Positions 15,001 through 21,291 of a DNA stretch of 64,000 bases are shown piece by piece. The stretch comes from Planctomycetota bacterium. Its GTDB lineage: Bacteria; Planctomycetota; Brocadiia; JAADGH01. The position numbers and the translations under genes were made by a program. Under the pieces are notes generated by a model. It ran no database searches. It saw nothing but the letters and a program-made list of their open reading frames with translations, and was not told the origin of the DNA. Position 1 is the stretch's first letter; every line of letters begins with the position of its first letter. The stretch covers positions 1 to 64,000 of the forward strand of contig JBFMAD010000008.1 in the NCBI GenBank assembly GCA_040755855.1. The letters run 5' to 3'.

Positions 15001-18000
15001 AGGGGCGATTGACGTGGACGGCAGCGTCCTGAGCACGGGCTCTTACTCGATCTCCGTGGGCGGCGTGGGGGCGGGCGCCTCGATCCAGGTCCGCGAATCC
15101 GCCGCCACCGGGGCGGAGATGCGAATCCTCGGTGATCTGCTTGGTCTCGTCCGCGTCGGCGAGGACGGGCGCGGCACGTTCGGCAATGTGGTCCTTGCGA
15201 CGAGCCTCGCCAGCAACGGGACCTTCCGGGGCTACGACGACAACAACAGCGCCCTCCTCATTACCGACTCAGTCACCGCCGGGCAGCTGACCTACACCCG
15301 CGACAGGGACGCATACAGCGACAACAACCCTGCCACCCTCTTTGCAGGCCAAGGCAGCGCGGTTGTCCTCAATCCGGGCGACCCGGCCTTTAACTACACC
15401 GACAGCGACGGCGATACGGTCGCCGCCACCTATGCAGGGGGCGGTACCGGCACGGCGACGCTTTATTTCCTGCCCGCCGGCCTCGGCCAGGATATTTTCT
15501 CTATCGTTTACGCCGGTGCGACGGCTACTTCCGATCTCGACATCCAGGTGACGGTGGTCGTGGGCAACGGCGTCACCACGGCGGGCAATGTGGACGCCGC
15601 CGGCCAGGTCTTCGGAACATTCACCGTGGACGGCTGGATCGAGGGCTGGACAGGCGGCCAACTGGGGGCAGGGGAGACGCTCACCGCCGACGACATGACG
15701 GGCCTCATGACGCTCGAGGGCGACCTCGCCGGGGCCTTGACGCTCAATACCCTGTTGACCGGCGCGATCCAGGTCGAGGGCGATGTGGCCGTCGGCGGCT
15801 CGATCACGATCGGCGCAAGCGGCATCCGGGGCGGCGGGCTGTGCCTCGAAGGCGGCGACAACAACGGGACGATCACCGTCAACGGCGTGGGCCAGACCTA
15901 CGTCGGCGGCTTCCTCCACGGCGGGCTGAACACCACCGGGACCCCCATCGCGCCCAACCCGCTCGACACGCTGAGCATTGTCGCGGCCAACGACGTCCAG
16001 ATCTTCTGGGACGGCATCCACGAGGCGGGCTATGGCGTCCTCTACGCGGGCGGCGCGGTCACGTCCATCTATGCGACGGACTCCATCAACAGCATCGTGA
16101 CGACGGCCCTGGCGGTCGGCTCGATCCGTGTGGACGGTCGGGTGACCGCAGTGCCCACGCTGAGCGCCCTTGACATGCGCGTCAGCGATGGGACATTCAC
16201 GAGCACAGGCTACGGCATTGACATCACCGGCGCGGGGGCCGCCCTGAACTACCTGCGGCTCCAGAACTTTGACCACCCGGACTACCAGGTGCGTGTCGCG
16301 GGCAACCTGGGCACGGTGTGGATCACCGAAGGGATGCTCGAAGGCGCGATCACGACAACAACCGGCGGCAACCTGACCGGCGTCATCTCCACCGCCCCGG
16401 GGCAGGAGATTCGCGGCAACATCACCATCAATGGGGCCATGCTGGCGGGATCGGCCATCATGCCCGGCGGCGATACGACGCTGACGGCGGGCGAGGACAT
16501 CACGGGGACCATTGCCGTCGCCGGGGCGGGCGGCATCGCCGGTATGATCTACTGCTACGACCTGGGCAAGGACATCACCAATGAGAACGGCGACGTTTAC
16601 TCCCTGCCCGGCGTCATCCGCGCCACCAATGCGAACGGCGCCATCACCGGCGGCATTGACATCTTCAACGTCATGGCCGACTACTCCTACATCGAGTCGG
16701 GCACGACGGCAGCCATCGCCAACGCCGTCATCAACGGAGACCTCACCCTGGCGTCGGGCGTCCGCGTCCAGGGCCTGGCGGGGACGGGCGCGCTCGCGGG
16801 GCGAATCACGACGTATCTCAACACGCTGAACGCCAACCGGACTTTCACGTTTGCCGACGGTCCCGGTCTGGCCGACCTTAGAACGTTTTCCTTCGCCGCC
16901 ACCGCCATTGCGAACACGGCCCGCCTGACGCTGGACGGGCGAAATCTCGATGCCAGTTGGACGCTGGAGTCGCCGTCGCTGACGATCAATGGAAACATCT
17001 CGGCCGCCAACCTGAACACCGTTCTTGCCGCCATCACGTATGACGGTGTATTGAACAGCACGGTGAACGGGAACCCCAACGTCCTGGCCAGCATCTACAG
17101 CGCAACGATCAACAACTGGGGAGGCGCCGCGGCGAACACAGTCACGGTGTTGAACGTAGGGACCCTGACGTGCTCAACCGCCGGACAAGGGATTGCTGCG
17201 GGAGACGTGCTGAACGTGGAGAACGTGGTCTGGGGGCGGATTGACCTCGGCGCTGTGGGCCTGCTCGGGCTGATTGACATTGACAACAATCTTGTCTATG
17301 ACATAGACAACGGCTCGGACGGCCAGATTCAGACGACGGGCACGGCCACGCTCGCCAGTTACGCCGGCGGCGCGGCGGGGATTCGCGTCTCCGGCCTGGG
17401 CGCTGCGGGCGTCCTGGGCGGACGGATCACCACCTACTACAACAACCTCGACGCCGTGCGGTCCTTTACCATCGGCGAGGGCGGCGCGAACCTCCGCCGG
17501 TTCGACACGATAGACCTCAACCTCACTCACACGTTCCAGTTGGTGTTGGATGGCCGATACGGCACCACGGCGGGCTGGGCCGTGGAATCGCCCACGCTGG
17601 TTCGCGTGGGAGGTCTCCTTACCGCTGCGGAATGGGAGACGATTCGGACCAGCGCCGGGACGACCTACCGCTGGAACAACCTCGCCAGCGGCGGGGCGGC
17701 GTCCAACGGCCTGAGCCTGTCGGGCTGCACCGGCGCGAACAGTTTCACCACGCTGCCGGTCGGATTTACCGTGTTTAACATGGGCGACGTTCGGTTCACC
17801 AATGCGGCCCCCGTTGCGGTGGGTCAAACGCTCACGATTCTCAACGATCTCTGGGGCACACTGACGATCGGCGACGCGCAGACGGCCAACTTCCTCCTGG
17901 CAGGCACGATTGACATCAACGGCGACCTGCGCGGCAATCTGAACTTTACGGGCCGCGTGGATTACACGGGCTTGATTGACATCGCAGGCGATTTCGCCGC

Positions 18001-21000
18001 AGGCGCGGAGATTGACTACACCCCGGGCAACAGCCGCGACTGGCTGGGCGACATCACCATCGGCGGGGACTGGCTCGGTCTCCTCGACATCAACGGCAGC
18101 GACACGGACCTGTATCGAGTCACGGCCCCTGCCGATGCGCCGCTCTTCACGATCAACGGCAACTTCGGGTCGCCCAAGGTGACAGGCGCGTTGATTGACG
18201 TGGCAGCCGGAGACATTTATACGGATTACGGGACGCGGGGCATTCGCGTCGGGGCGGATGGGACGGGCATCATGTATGGCGACATCCTCGTCCATTCCGG
18301 TTCGGATACGTCGCGCGGCTACATCTATGGTTGGACCGTAACCATCGGACTGAACGGCTACGTTGGCCCGGGATACGCCTACATGGACCATGCGTCCCGG
18401 ATTGTGGCCGAGCGCTGGTACGCCTCGACGACCAACATCTACAACCAGGACCGCGCGGAGGGCCTCGACGGGCAGATTCTCGCCGCCACCCGAAACACGG
18501 TGTACGGGCTGAATATCGGGATCAACGCCGGGATGACGATCCGCGGCGGCATGGGAGAACAGGGCGAGGTTCGCGCCCTCGGCTCGATTCGACGGGACGG
18601 CAATCCGCAGATGATGCAGTACTGCGGTTTCACAGGCGGTCTTACGTTCTACAACGACGTCCTTGGCGCGATCGCCGTCGGCGACGGCTATGTATCCTCC
18701 GGCTTCGGCATGTTTGCCACGGAGGAAAACGCCACGTTCGGCCAGGGATTCGCCCTGACGGTGAACGGCGCCGGATCCGAGTTCGGCGGGGTCCTCCGCT
18801 CCACCGGCATGGGACGGTACAACGGGCCGGACTTCCAAGGCGTGTTCAACTACGGCGACATCACACTGGCCGGCGACGTGACGGGCGATATCGTCGGCTA
18901 CTTCCTGCCCGACATCGAGACGACGACGGCGACGGTTTCCTTCACAGGCCGCATCGAGGCGTTTGATCGCTTCCTCGGCGGCGCGTTGCGCTTCCAAAAC
19001 CCGGACGCATGGCTCGACGGCGTGGTCCGCGTGGACGGAAGCGACATGAACTACTACAGCGGCACGCTCACCGCGGCAAGCCCCACTTTGACCATCAATA
19101 CCCCGGGCGGCGGCGTGCTGACGATGACCCGCGCGGCGGCTGATATCCCCTATCAGTATCTCTACGACGGGGTCAGCGACCGGGTGACGGCGCTTCGGAT
19201 CGAAGGCACGCCGGCGGTCCAGAGTATCGTCGGAACAGGCGTCGTCGTGGACTCCTTCTACTCCGAGGGCGATCTGGCCGCGGGCGGGTTCATTGATCTT
19301 AACGACGACCTGGCCAACGGTCTCGATACCGCGCTCTACTCGGTCCGACTGCGGTTTCTCCGCGATCTGACGACCTCCATCTCGGTGGAGGGCGATCTGG
19401 GGCAGGTGGTGGCCAACGACGACGATGCCGCCAATCCGCCCGAGGAGGGCCTGAGGAGCAACATCAGCTCCACCGTGGGCGCGGTCGGCGCGTCCGCCGA
19501 CCTGATGGGCCTGATTCTTACCCGATACGGCGCAATCTACGGCGGGACCATCTCGATCGGTCAGGATGTGCGCGAAAACGGCGGCCTCTACTCCCCGACC
19601 AGCATCGGGAGGAACGCCGATACCTACGTGGATGTGGACATCGCGGGCGACATGAACGGCCTGATCCTCGCCTACGACCAGATCCGCGCCGGGACGGGCG
19701 CAACGAAGACGACCATCAACATCGGCGGCAGCGTCGGCGACACGGCCGAGATCCGGAGCTGGAACAGCGTTCCGTATGACGCGGCGATGATCGTCGGCGG
19801 GAACTTCGGCGGGAGGTTCTATATCGGCGATTCGATCACAGGCGATCCGCTGGCTACGTTCCTCGGCTCGCTCGATATCGGCGGGGTAATGACGAACGCC
19901 GCCTACTTCTATATCTTCGGGAATACCACCGCCGGCAACGGAAGCAGTCTTGCAAGCGCCACGTTCGTCGGTCCGAACCTTGCCACCGGCATCCGCATCC
20001 AGGGCCTGAACGACACGGGCGACATCCTGGGGCGGCTGCGATACAGGATCAATCTGGACGCCGACGTGTCGGTTGACATCGGCGACTGGAACACGACGAC
20101 CAACCTGCGCAACTTGACCATCCTGGATCAGAACTACCTCAACGGCGGCAACGCGGTCTTCATGGACCTCGACGGTTGGTTCGTCCCGACCGCCGGCGCG
20201 TGGCAGAACGAGACCCCGGGGCTGGACCTCAACACGCAGGCGACGGTCCCGGTCACGCTTGCTCAGCTCAATACCCTGCTCAATGCGATCAACTACGACG
20301 GAACGCAGCACGGTCCGACGACGCTGGCCAGCGTCTCCAATGTCACGCTCTCCGATTTCGCCACCGGAGGAGACGGGACGCTGAACATCGTGAACTGCCG
20401 CGAGCTGCGCATTTACGAGGCTCTGGGCAATAACGACGCGATTACAATCGTAAATGCGGTAACCGGCACGTTGCAGGTAAACAATGCGGCCGGTACGTAT
20501 CAGGACATCGCGGGCAATGCGGCCGTCAGCGTAGGCGGCGACATCACCGGCGGCGCGATCCGCTTCGGTAACCTGACCAGCGCCGCGCCGGTCGGCATAT
20601 ATGTCGGCGGCGGCCTCCGGAACAACCCCTTTGTGTACAACTCGCTGGGCGGCTACATGCAGGCCTACGGGGTGACGGGAGTCAGCGGCGTGATTGACAT
20701 AGACGGCGGCATGAGTGGGAACTCCTATATCATCCTTTCCAACGCGGCCGCCGACCTCTCCGGCACGCTGGATATCGGCGGCAGCATCCAGGACCAGGCC
20801 TACATCCAGATTGCGGACGAGATCAACGGCGCGGGACAGATTCTGATCGGCGGGGACGTCACCAGCACCCGCGCCGCGGGCGCGATTGACATAAATGACG
20901 GGATTAGCGCCCTCGGCGGCACGCGCATCAGCATCACCGGCAGCCTGGCCGGAATTATTGACATCACGAACCAGATTCAGAACAACTGCACCGTCCAGAT

Positions 21001-21196
21001 CGGCGGGAACCTCTCCGGCAGCCTGCTGGCGAACCTGATGGGCAATGTGACCGTTGTGGGATCCTTTAGCGGCACGATCGGCCGCGCGGCGACGGCCAAC
21101 GGCGTGGGCAACACGCTGAACGTCGGCATTCCCGGCGGTGGCGGGGCACTGGTGCCTGGCCCGGCTATCTTTGCGGCCATCATCGGTTGGCCGTAA
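2..21196 (+). CDS. Giant repetitive beta-helix/beta-solenoid-like surface or secreted protein (partial, 5' end outside window; >7,060 aa)
   Basis: Uninterrupted frame from position 2 (GGALTVLNAG...; the GTG at 17 is an internal Val) to TAA at 21194-21196. Very rich in G/I/D/N/T/V with recurring G-x-I-x-I/V-x-G-D/N turns, large internal duplications and repeated FTDxDGDxVTVTY motifs. A terminator follows. Confidence 0.9.
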   Translation, partial: GGALTVLNAGDLNMAAAPILAGNTLTVDNDVWGTINLGANNMDGRIIIGDNLVYDADNESNGWIYSTGRIANFVAGVSGIQVQGLAGTGVMGGRITTALANPGMGIANTFTIGDNAAAGTRSFQSGVMVLAGAPQFRLTLDGRYYDVGDPWGYESPTLELIGGALSQDNWELVVRPGVQYDGVAAANGLSLSGVTWTPLTRDITVYNLGDLAITGNNAIAAGRTVNVANTLYGSLTLGTVGTGNIAIGATAADIGRLLIGKDLLGNLNFLAIHNGDPGNNKALVQIGRNFGEGAEIDYSPFAGNDFYGDITVGGDWLGVLDINGTGTEIVRFGTSPYRGSSIRINGNFGSPTITGSLIDIENGRIYMDSVATANHGLRIGADGTGIMYGDVYAHALSNSTAYGTMSNNRIEIGTAASVAGQAWMAHTARLAADRMTMPNLVLYGGNAADVMRGQILSGTTTILLTGDTLGIRGTIDVRGGMAEQAEIRALQTQTRNTTGWLYVGGYEANTVFTHDVKGVIAAGDGYTTAAGGVAEEAYATFGRGFNLTATNATNNPDFTGVLRATGQGQYIGPDFQGVFNYGNIDIRGDMSGQMLGYFLPDIEICDVAGSVFSGTIEAYDRFLSGGVRIGQTNAGLIRAGGADMIYTSGTIASGGNVLSIPTAAGTLDITSDAANVVYSYLYSGAGDTIEAFRVDSGNVRSVVGTGVVLNSFFSEAGLNGGLSMIDMNDGVGDSALYSVRLQAFDLNDRIEVEGQLGQVGVQTGNFAGDIVTAVGGVGAIADLVGIIYNYDSATDFVADSTITIGGNVREYAGLLSLRHYQMTAPDAFHVLGNFSGAVYVSNTDFSGNITIDGNMTANARIRDDANAVVSGTTTIGGNMDGQFFFPATNPNLSGVINVGVDMTGTVYLGDANNDTGSTLSGTISIGRDMTETSRIYVYGAPGITGNVNVGRDIIRVGANYGRIYALNGPINGTIDVTGNVQGYIYAGDNANPATGDTIANLGGTIHIGGNLDGTLGAAYIGVCGLGGITTTGQIIIDGGMLGNANARIYDYNGPMDGLIDIGGDVSGNIYVGDNTNPASGTFDGNANLNGTIDVGGQLNGTSGQILIAGTSGITATGQVLVGGGMMTDSTRVIAYNGPVDGLIDVTGDMYGRIYVGNAEDATDASANLTGRIAISGAMITQGDVYIYGTGGITATGQLDVGGGLSADGARIYLYRGPMAGVMNIGGDMLGRIYMGDGDADTGTNLTGTLNITNAVTDPNVGGYIYVYGTGGITGSVTIDGDIADGRYLTAFEGPIAGTVNVGGNLIGRIQAGDNEGNDPTSNITGAITVGGTLGGGTESRIRSYGMGGITNTAVITVNGGILGGAGTTGGYIMTYNGPIAGTINVFGDMAGHIWAGNAAGDVAADLTGAINITNAGSDPNLNGEIQVWGIGGISGVINVDGNFDSTPGWDTWIRTSNASSDLTGAINIGGGIMGAAYIQIADDMAGAGAIAVGGAVQDTAYIQIGSDIRDTGSITVGGAVTSTVVTGGIDVNGSIVSTGPYSISVGGVGANASIQVYGSAASGAEMRILGLFDALGLVRVGENGAGTFGNVVVSTNPLSGGTFRGYDDNNNAILVTDSGTAGQLTYTRDRDLVSNNDPGTLFGGNAVVLNPGDTFVFTDSDGDTVTVTYDPLSTGTVAIATAAAGIGLDITNIQYSGATATSDLDIQVTVVVGNGVTTAGNVDAAGQVFGTFTVDGWVEGWTGGQLAAGETLTADDMTDLMTLEGDLAGALMLNTLLTGAIQVEGDVAVGGSITIGASGIRGGGLYLEGGDNNGTITVNGVGQTYVGGLLHGGRNVTGVSEDPNPLDTLSIAAADDVKIFWDGIHDVGYGVLYAGGAVTSIYATDSLDSIVTTGLNIGSIRVDGRVKAASGIVLSNGGVTNTSIGIDITNGNLDFLRLQRFDHPDYTVQVGGDLGTVWITEGMLEGTIRTVGAGSDLTGAITTATGQEIRGNITIAGNITSTGAIMPGGTTTPIAGEDITGLISVGGYMAGKIYAYDLGKDVANGYDAAGNPQVWPLKGRIEVTGNITGAIDIVDTMKDYSYISSQGFIASAAFSGTELTAGVRVQGLAGIGALPGRITTRISLSDPFSWSFGVDSGVTTRAFEVLADLNYWYDYSLTLDGRNLAPAGWTLESPTISSPTSQTLAVWKGVLNGIRYAGTDHSVTPLASLGSAIFTDYTTGADTLTVLNAGNLTMTATAAAMGAGDVMDVRNVVWGKVDLGANAMNGLIDIVGNLVYDRDNGSDGWISSTGRIADYSGAAGIRVQGLAGAGVLGGRITTALATPGLGVANTFTIGDDAAAGTRSLTTAVMAFAGAPTFRLTLDGRFGTTAGWTLESPTLSLYGGALTESEWETTIRTSGNVQYDGVSAADGLSFESSVAGSTFDVLNNDVTFFNLGNISITGNNAIGAGRTLNVSNTLYGTATIGTLADNNIAMADTARIMIGQDLLGNLNFVAQLYGTGAAGPIINKALISIGRNFAEGAEIDYTPYAGDDFFGDITVGGDWLGVLDVNGTNTDFGRFGVSGAYGGTKITINGNFGSPTVTGALIDVENGRWYSDSITNGATMAGLHIGADAGAGAAGGTGIMYGDLSIRAQGNATDRGTLSSTRINVGTLADSTAGEAYVAHTAKIAVDRYSAPGFYVYGGDLVDVFQGQYLTGLSSYATGDTVGLQGTVYIYGGMSEQAEIRTLRVHDSVNNAQMYYGGVGAGFTFRNDVNGAIAVGDGYNSDDDGDGVNDEALATFGRAFVLDATLAATLPDFSGVIRTFGQGIVGGQFEGVFSYGDINIIGDVSGEMLGYYLPDLEFTGAARTFSGAIDVYEAFRGGGLYIAGTTAGSIRVGGVDQTYYTGLAGVGESVTITTPNGNTLVWTSNTANARYSYLYSAGSGDAIHMFRVEGGAGTQSLVGSGVKLGSFYTENTLAGGTSAIDMNDSGVYDSALYSVRLSTFPTAASIAVEGELGQVVVSGGAFQGDITTTVGPVLGSADLSGLITTYSDASDFDSNSQISIAGNGRLRSGLISLQHMTGNSFETLGDMNGLIYAATNSDVLDPPLTPIIHIGGDMNNRIIFPGTYAPFGGSIAIDGDLNSQIYIGDATTDTGTNLTGSITIGGAMNNAEIRTYGAIGISGAITVTGALTGTSFIRGYRGDLLTTGGGYSISVGGMEAGTLIQIYGTAAAADEIRVLGEFDGTVRVGENAVGVFGNVEIASNAGSTGTFRAYNRNAAAVLNDNDGGATASQLTYVRDVDAVTSSVKSTLFAFDNSQVVNPGVPYVFTDRDGDVVTVTYTGPGGSSVVLDMVDAGAGRQDIGYITYAGAVDATSNLTIDTNGAGGNATSGGGVTATGFTFGSFSIEGWVDSWVGGTLAGGETIDITGNLGRASFENNVSGDLTVGGDVSGPVSIVGDLAGDIDITGALASTITIDGAGGVTAAGSITVGDMPTSASRITTTVGPMAGAITVNNTLRGYIYVGDADADTTADLSGDIHIVGDMADNGRILIRGTGGITGSGSIDVDGGLTNGTGTLIYAYNGPIDGTVNVDGDLTGYIYAGYNASDTNGNITGSVTVGSMSGAARIRHWGTGAMSGTISVTGDVVGTGYIIVGPDTVTGTVSGTISVGGNLGTAAGADTAYIRAVNLSGAGAINVTGDIQASSYIYIAGSMADTSSVSVGGITSARAAGAIDIDGSVGVNSDIFINGDMDGVIDIDGSVSGEIDITGTMNSSAAFIDVQGTLASATFIGNDLQTGLRIQGLDGGGADNVLVGRVRTATDLSGAVNWSIGDDTDSNLRTFTYTGVPSIGGTAWLTLDGRYLAAAGWQRESPTLTITNAVTLADLNNVIAGIGYDGAAGTFVSVNGVTLSDFNVGATGTLTLLNSGALTITEAAGMGDSDLLTVENKVYGAIYVQNGNVATAAMSGTSGIVVNSDIVAGGQVRLQGLLNSTLATGTIHVVGDVYGDIRVDADDGTFSSADNSRIYVDGALRGSGQIYFSDASDPRYCRTDIEVDGGILENSRIYIAHRARNAYITTGPVTSTRSGGAIYTGYLYEVLTINGNVGAGTDINLGSGMLTSATNGQVVVNGNVEAGGVIRTSYIATTGGGDEIYVSGDMAGEIRITGANSSTAAAPYSLIAGGSINVVGDLTGMINFTYATHDGGVVRGNIIVGGDIAGTGGIFVNRADVASTSAITVGGNVTSTRADGAIDLGRDFLGSISIGDLASGSSIQVFGTAASSVMNVLGEFDGLIYVGQGGAGSLVPGRFGNVFVATNAGSNGTFRAYDDNNSALLYTDDTTAGQLTYTRDIDGVSNNNRDTLFYIAPVLNPGGSYVFTDDNGDEVTVTYDPLSTGTVTLFMVQAGVGENLAYATYSGATASSGLTVLVTNPLGDGVTTVGTVVGTGQVFGSFTVDGSVNTWTGGELAAGETITISNNLGAGSLEGDLAGNLSVGGNANGALSIAGDLSGTIAITGTLASTLTINGAGGVTGAGSITVGDMPTTASQIITSQGPMNGAITVNNALRGYIYVGDADADITADLGGDIHIVGDMAGDGRILIRGQGGITGAGSIDVDGALTNGANTQIYVLNGPVAAGGLINIDCNGGATDMTGYIYVGNADADTTADLAGTVHVGGNMSGNGRILIRGTGGITGTGLIDVDGTMVGASALIYTYNGPVAAGGMIDVNCGLGITDMSGYIYVGDADADTTADLAGTIHVGGNMSGNGRILIRGQGGVTNTGLIDVDGNMVGATNLIYTYNGPMDGAIDVTGGMNGYIYVGNTTSDANANLNGDISIGGQMGSAGRIYIYGTGGVTPTGSITIAGGMALGTTANERIITAQGPMDGLVEIGADMNGYIFIGDATADTNANLTGQIRITNLVTDPNMGGYIRVYGQGGISGTILVDGDFVGGGTGITYINTYGAGADLTGLISIGGRIGGDAYIRANDDISGGGSIAVGGTLDDTAYIQVADDIRDTGSITVGGAVTGTRAAGAIDVDGSVLSTGSYSISVGGVGAGASIQVRESAATGAEMRILGDLLGLVRVGEDGRGTFGNVVLATSLASNGTFRGYDDNNSALLITDSVTAGQLTYTRDRDAYSDNNPATLFAGQGSAVVLNPGDPAFNYTDSDGDTVAATYAGGGTGTATLYFLPAGLGQDIFSIVYAGATATSDLDIQVTVVVGNGVTTAGNVDAAGQVFGTFTVDGWIEGWTGGQLGAGETLTADDMTGLMTLEGDLAGALTLNTLLTGAIQVEGDVAVGGSITIGASGIRGGGLCLEGGDNNGTITVNGVGQTYVGGFLHGGLNTTGTPIAPNPLDTLSIVAANDVQIFWDGIHEAGYGVLYAGGAVTSIYATDSINSIVTTALAVGSIRVDGRVTAVPTLSALDMRVSDGTFTSTGYGIDITGAGAALNYLRLQNFDHPDYQVRVAGNLGTVWITEGMLEGAITTTTGGNLTGVISTAPGQEIRGNITINGAMLAGSAIMPGGDTTLTAGEDITGTIAVAGAGGIAGMIYCYDLGKDITNENGDVYSLPGVIRATNANGAITGGIDIFNVMADYSYIESGTTAAIANAVINGDLTLASGVRVQGLAGTGALAGRITTYLNTLNANRTFTFADGPGLADLRTFSFAATAIANTARLTLDGRNLDASWTLESPSLTINGNISAANLNTVLAAITYDGVLNSTVNGNPNVLASIYSATINNWGGAAANTVTVLNVGTLTCSTAGQGIAAGDVLNVENVVWGRIDLGAVGLLGLIDIDNNLVYDIDNGSDGQIQTTGTATLASYAGGAAGIRVSGLGAAGVLGGRITTYYNNLDAVRSFTIGEGGANLRRFDTIDLNLTHTFQLVLDGRYGTTAGWAVESPTLVRVGGLLTAAEWETIRTSAGTTYRWNNLASGGAASNGLSLSGCTGANSFTTLPVGFTVFNMGDVRFTNAAPVAVGQTLTILNDLWGTLTIGDAQTANFLLAGTIDINGDLRGNLNFTGRVDYTGLIDIAGDFAAGAEIDYTPGNSRDWLGDITIGGDWLGLLDINGSDTDLYRVTAPADAPLFTINGNFGSPKVTGALIDVAAGDIYTDYGTRGIRVGADGTGIMYGDILVHSGSDTSRGYIYGWTVTIGLNGYVGPGYAYMDHASRIVAERWYASTTNIYNQDRAEGLDGQILAATRNTVYGLNIGINAGMTIRGGMGEQGEVRALGSIRRDGNPQMMQYCGFTGGLTFYNDVLGAIAVGDGYVSSGFGMFATEENATFGQGFALTVNGAGSEFGGVLRSTGMGRYNGPDFQGVFNYGDITLAGDVTGDIVGYFLPDIETTTATVSFTGRIEAFDRFLGGALRFQNPDAWLDGVVRVDGSDMNYYSGTLTAASPTLTINTPGGGVLTMTRAAADIPYQYLYDGVSDRVTALRIEGTPAVQSIVGTGVVVDSFYSEGDLAAGGFIDLNDDLANGLDTALYSVRLRFLRDLTTSISVEGDLGQVVANDDDAANPPEEGLRSNISSTVGAVGASADLMGLILTRYGAIYGGTISIGQDVRENGGLYSPTSIGRNADTYVDVDIAGDMNGLILAYDQIRAGTGATKTTINIGGSVGDTAEIRSWNSVPYDAAMIVGGNFGGRFYIGDSITGDPLATFLGSLDIGGVMTNAAYFYIFGNTTAGNGSSLASATFVGPNLATGIRIQGLNDTGDILGRLRYRINLDADVSVDIGDWNTTTNLRNLTILDQNYLNGGNAVFMDLDGWFVPTAGAWQNETPGLDLNTQATVPVTLAQLNTLLNAINYDGTQHGPTTLASVSNVTLSDFATGGDGTLNIVNCRELRIYEALGNNDAITIVNAVTGTLQVNNAAGTYQDIAGNAAVSVGGDITGGAIRFGNLTSAAPVGIYVGGGLRNNPFVYNSLGGYMQAYGVTGVSGVIDIDGGMSGNSYIILSNAAADLSGTLDIGGSIQDQAYIQIADEINGAGQILIGGDVTSTRAAGAIDINDGISALGGTRISITGSLAGIIDITNQIQNNCTVQIGGNLSGSLLANLMGNVTVVGSFSGTIGRAATANGVGNTLNVGIPGGGGALVPGPAIFAAIIGWP
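5105..5716 (+). repeat. Copy 1 of a near-identical intragenic direct repeat (copy 2 begins at 15530)
   Basis: TCCGATCTCGACATCCAGGTGACGGTGGTCGTGGGCAACGGCGTCACCACGGCGGG starts at both 5105 and 15530 (offset 10,425 nt, in frame). High similarity continues for about 600 nt. Confidence 0.85.
13616..14590 (+). repeat. Tandem ~77-85 aa repeat (GYIYVGDADADTTADLAGTIHVGGNMSGNGRILIRG...)
   Basis: Units start at 13616, 13871, 14123 and 14354 (periods 255, 252 and 231 nt). A further copy starts at 10490. Confidence 0.85.
15530..16141 (+). repeat. Copy 2 of near-identical intragenic direct repeat
   Basis: Matches 5105-5716 closely at nucleotide level. Confidence 0.85.
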
Positions 21197-21215
21197 GATC
21201 GGCCTGATCAAAACG

Positions 21216-21258
21216 AAAGCGGGATGACACGGCTTCAAGGCGCGTCATCCCGCTTTTT
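21216..21258. terminator. Bidirectional intrinsic terminator
   Basis: AAAGCGGGATGAC (21216-21228) pairs with GTCATCCCGCTTT (21244-21256). T-run on + and A-run on the left; lies between convergent genes. Confidence 0.85.
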
Positions 21259-21291
21259 GCGTTCCTGCCTGCCGGTGTTTTTCCGGTTGGG

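Noticed and set aside
896..21238. Very long antisense ORFs (882, 880, 886 and 1354 aa) opposite the giant gene
   Set aside because: Shadow frames expected from GC3-biased codons; R/A/V/D-rich, with no motifs or credible RBS.
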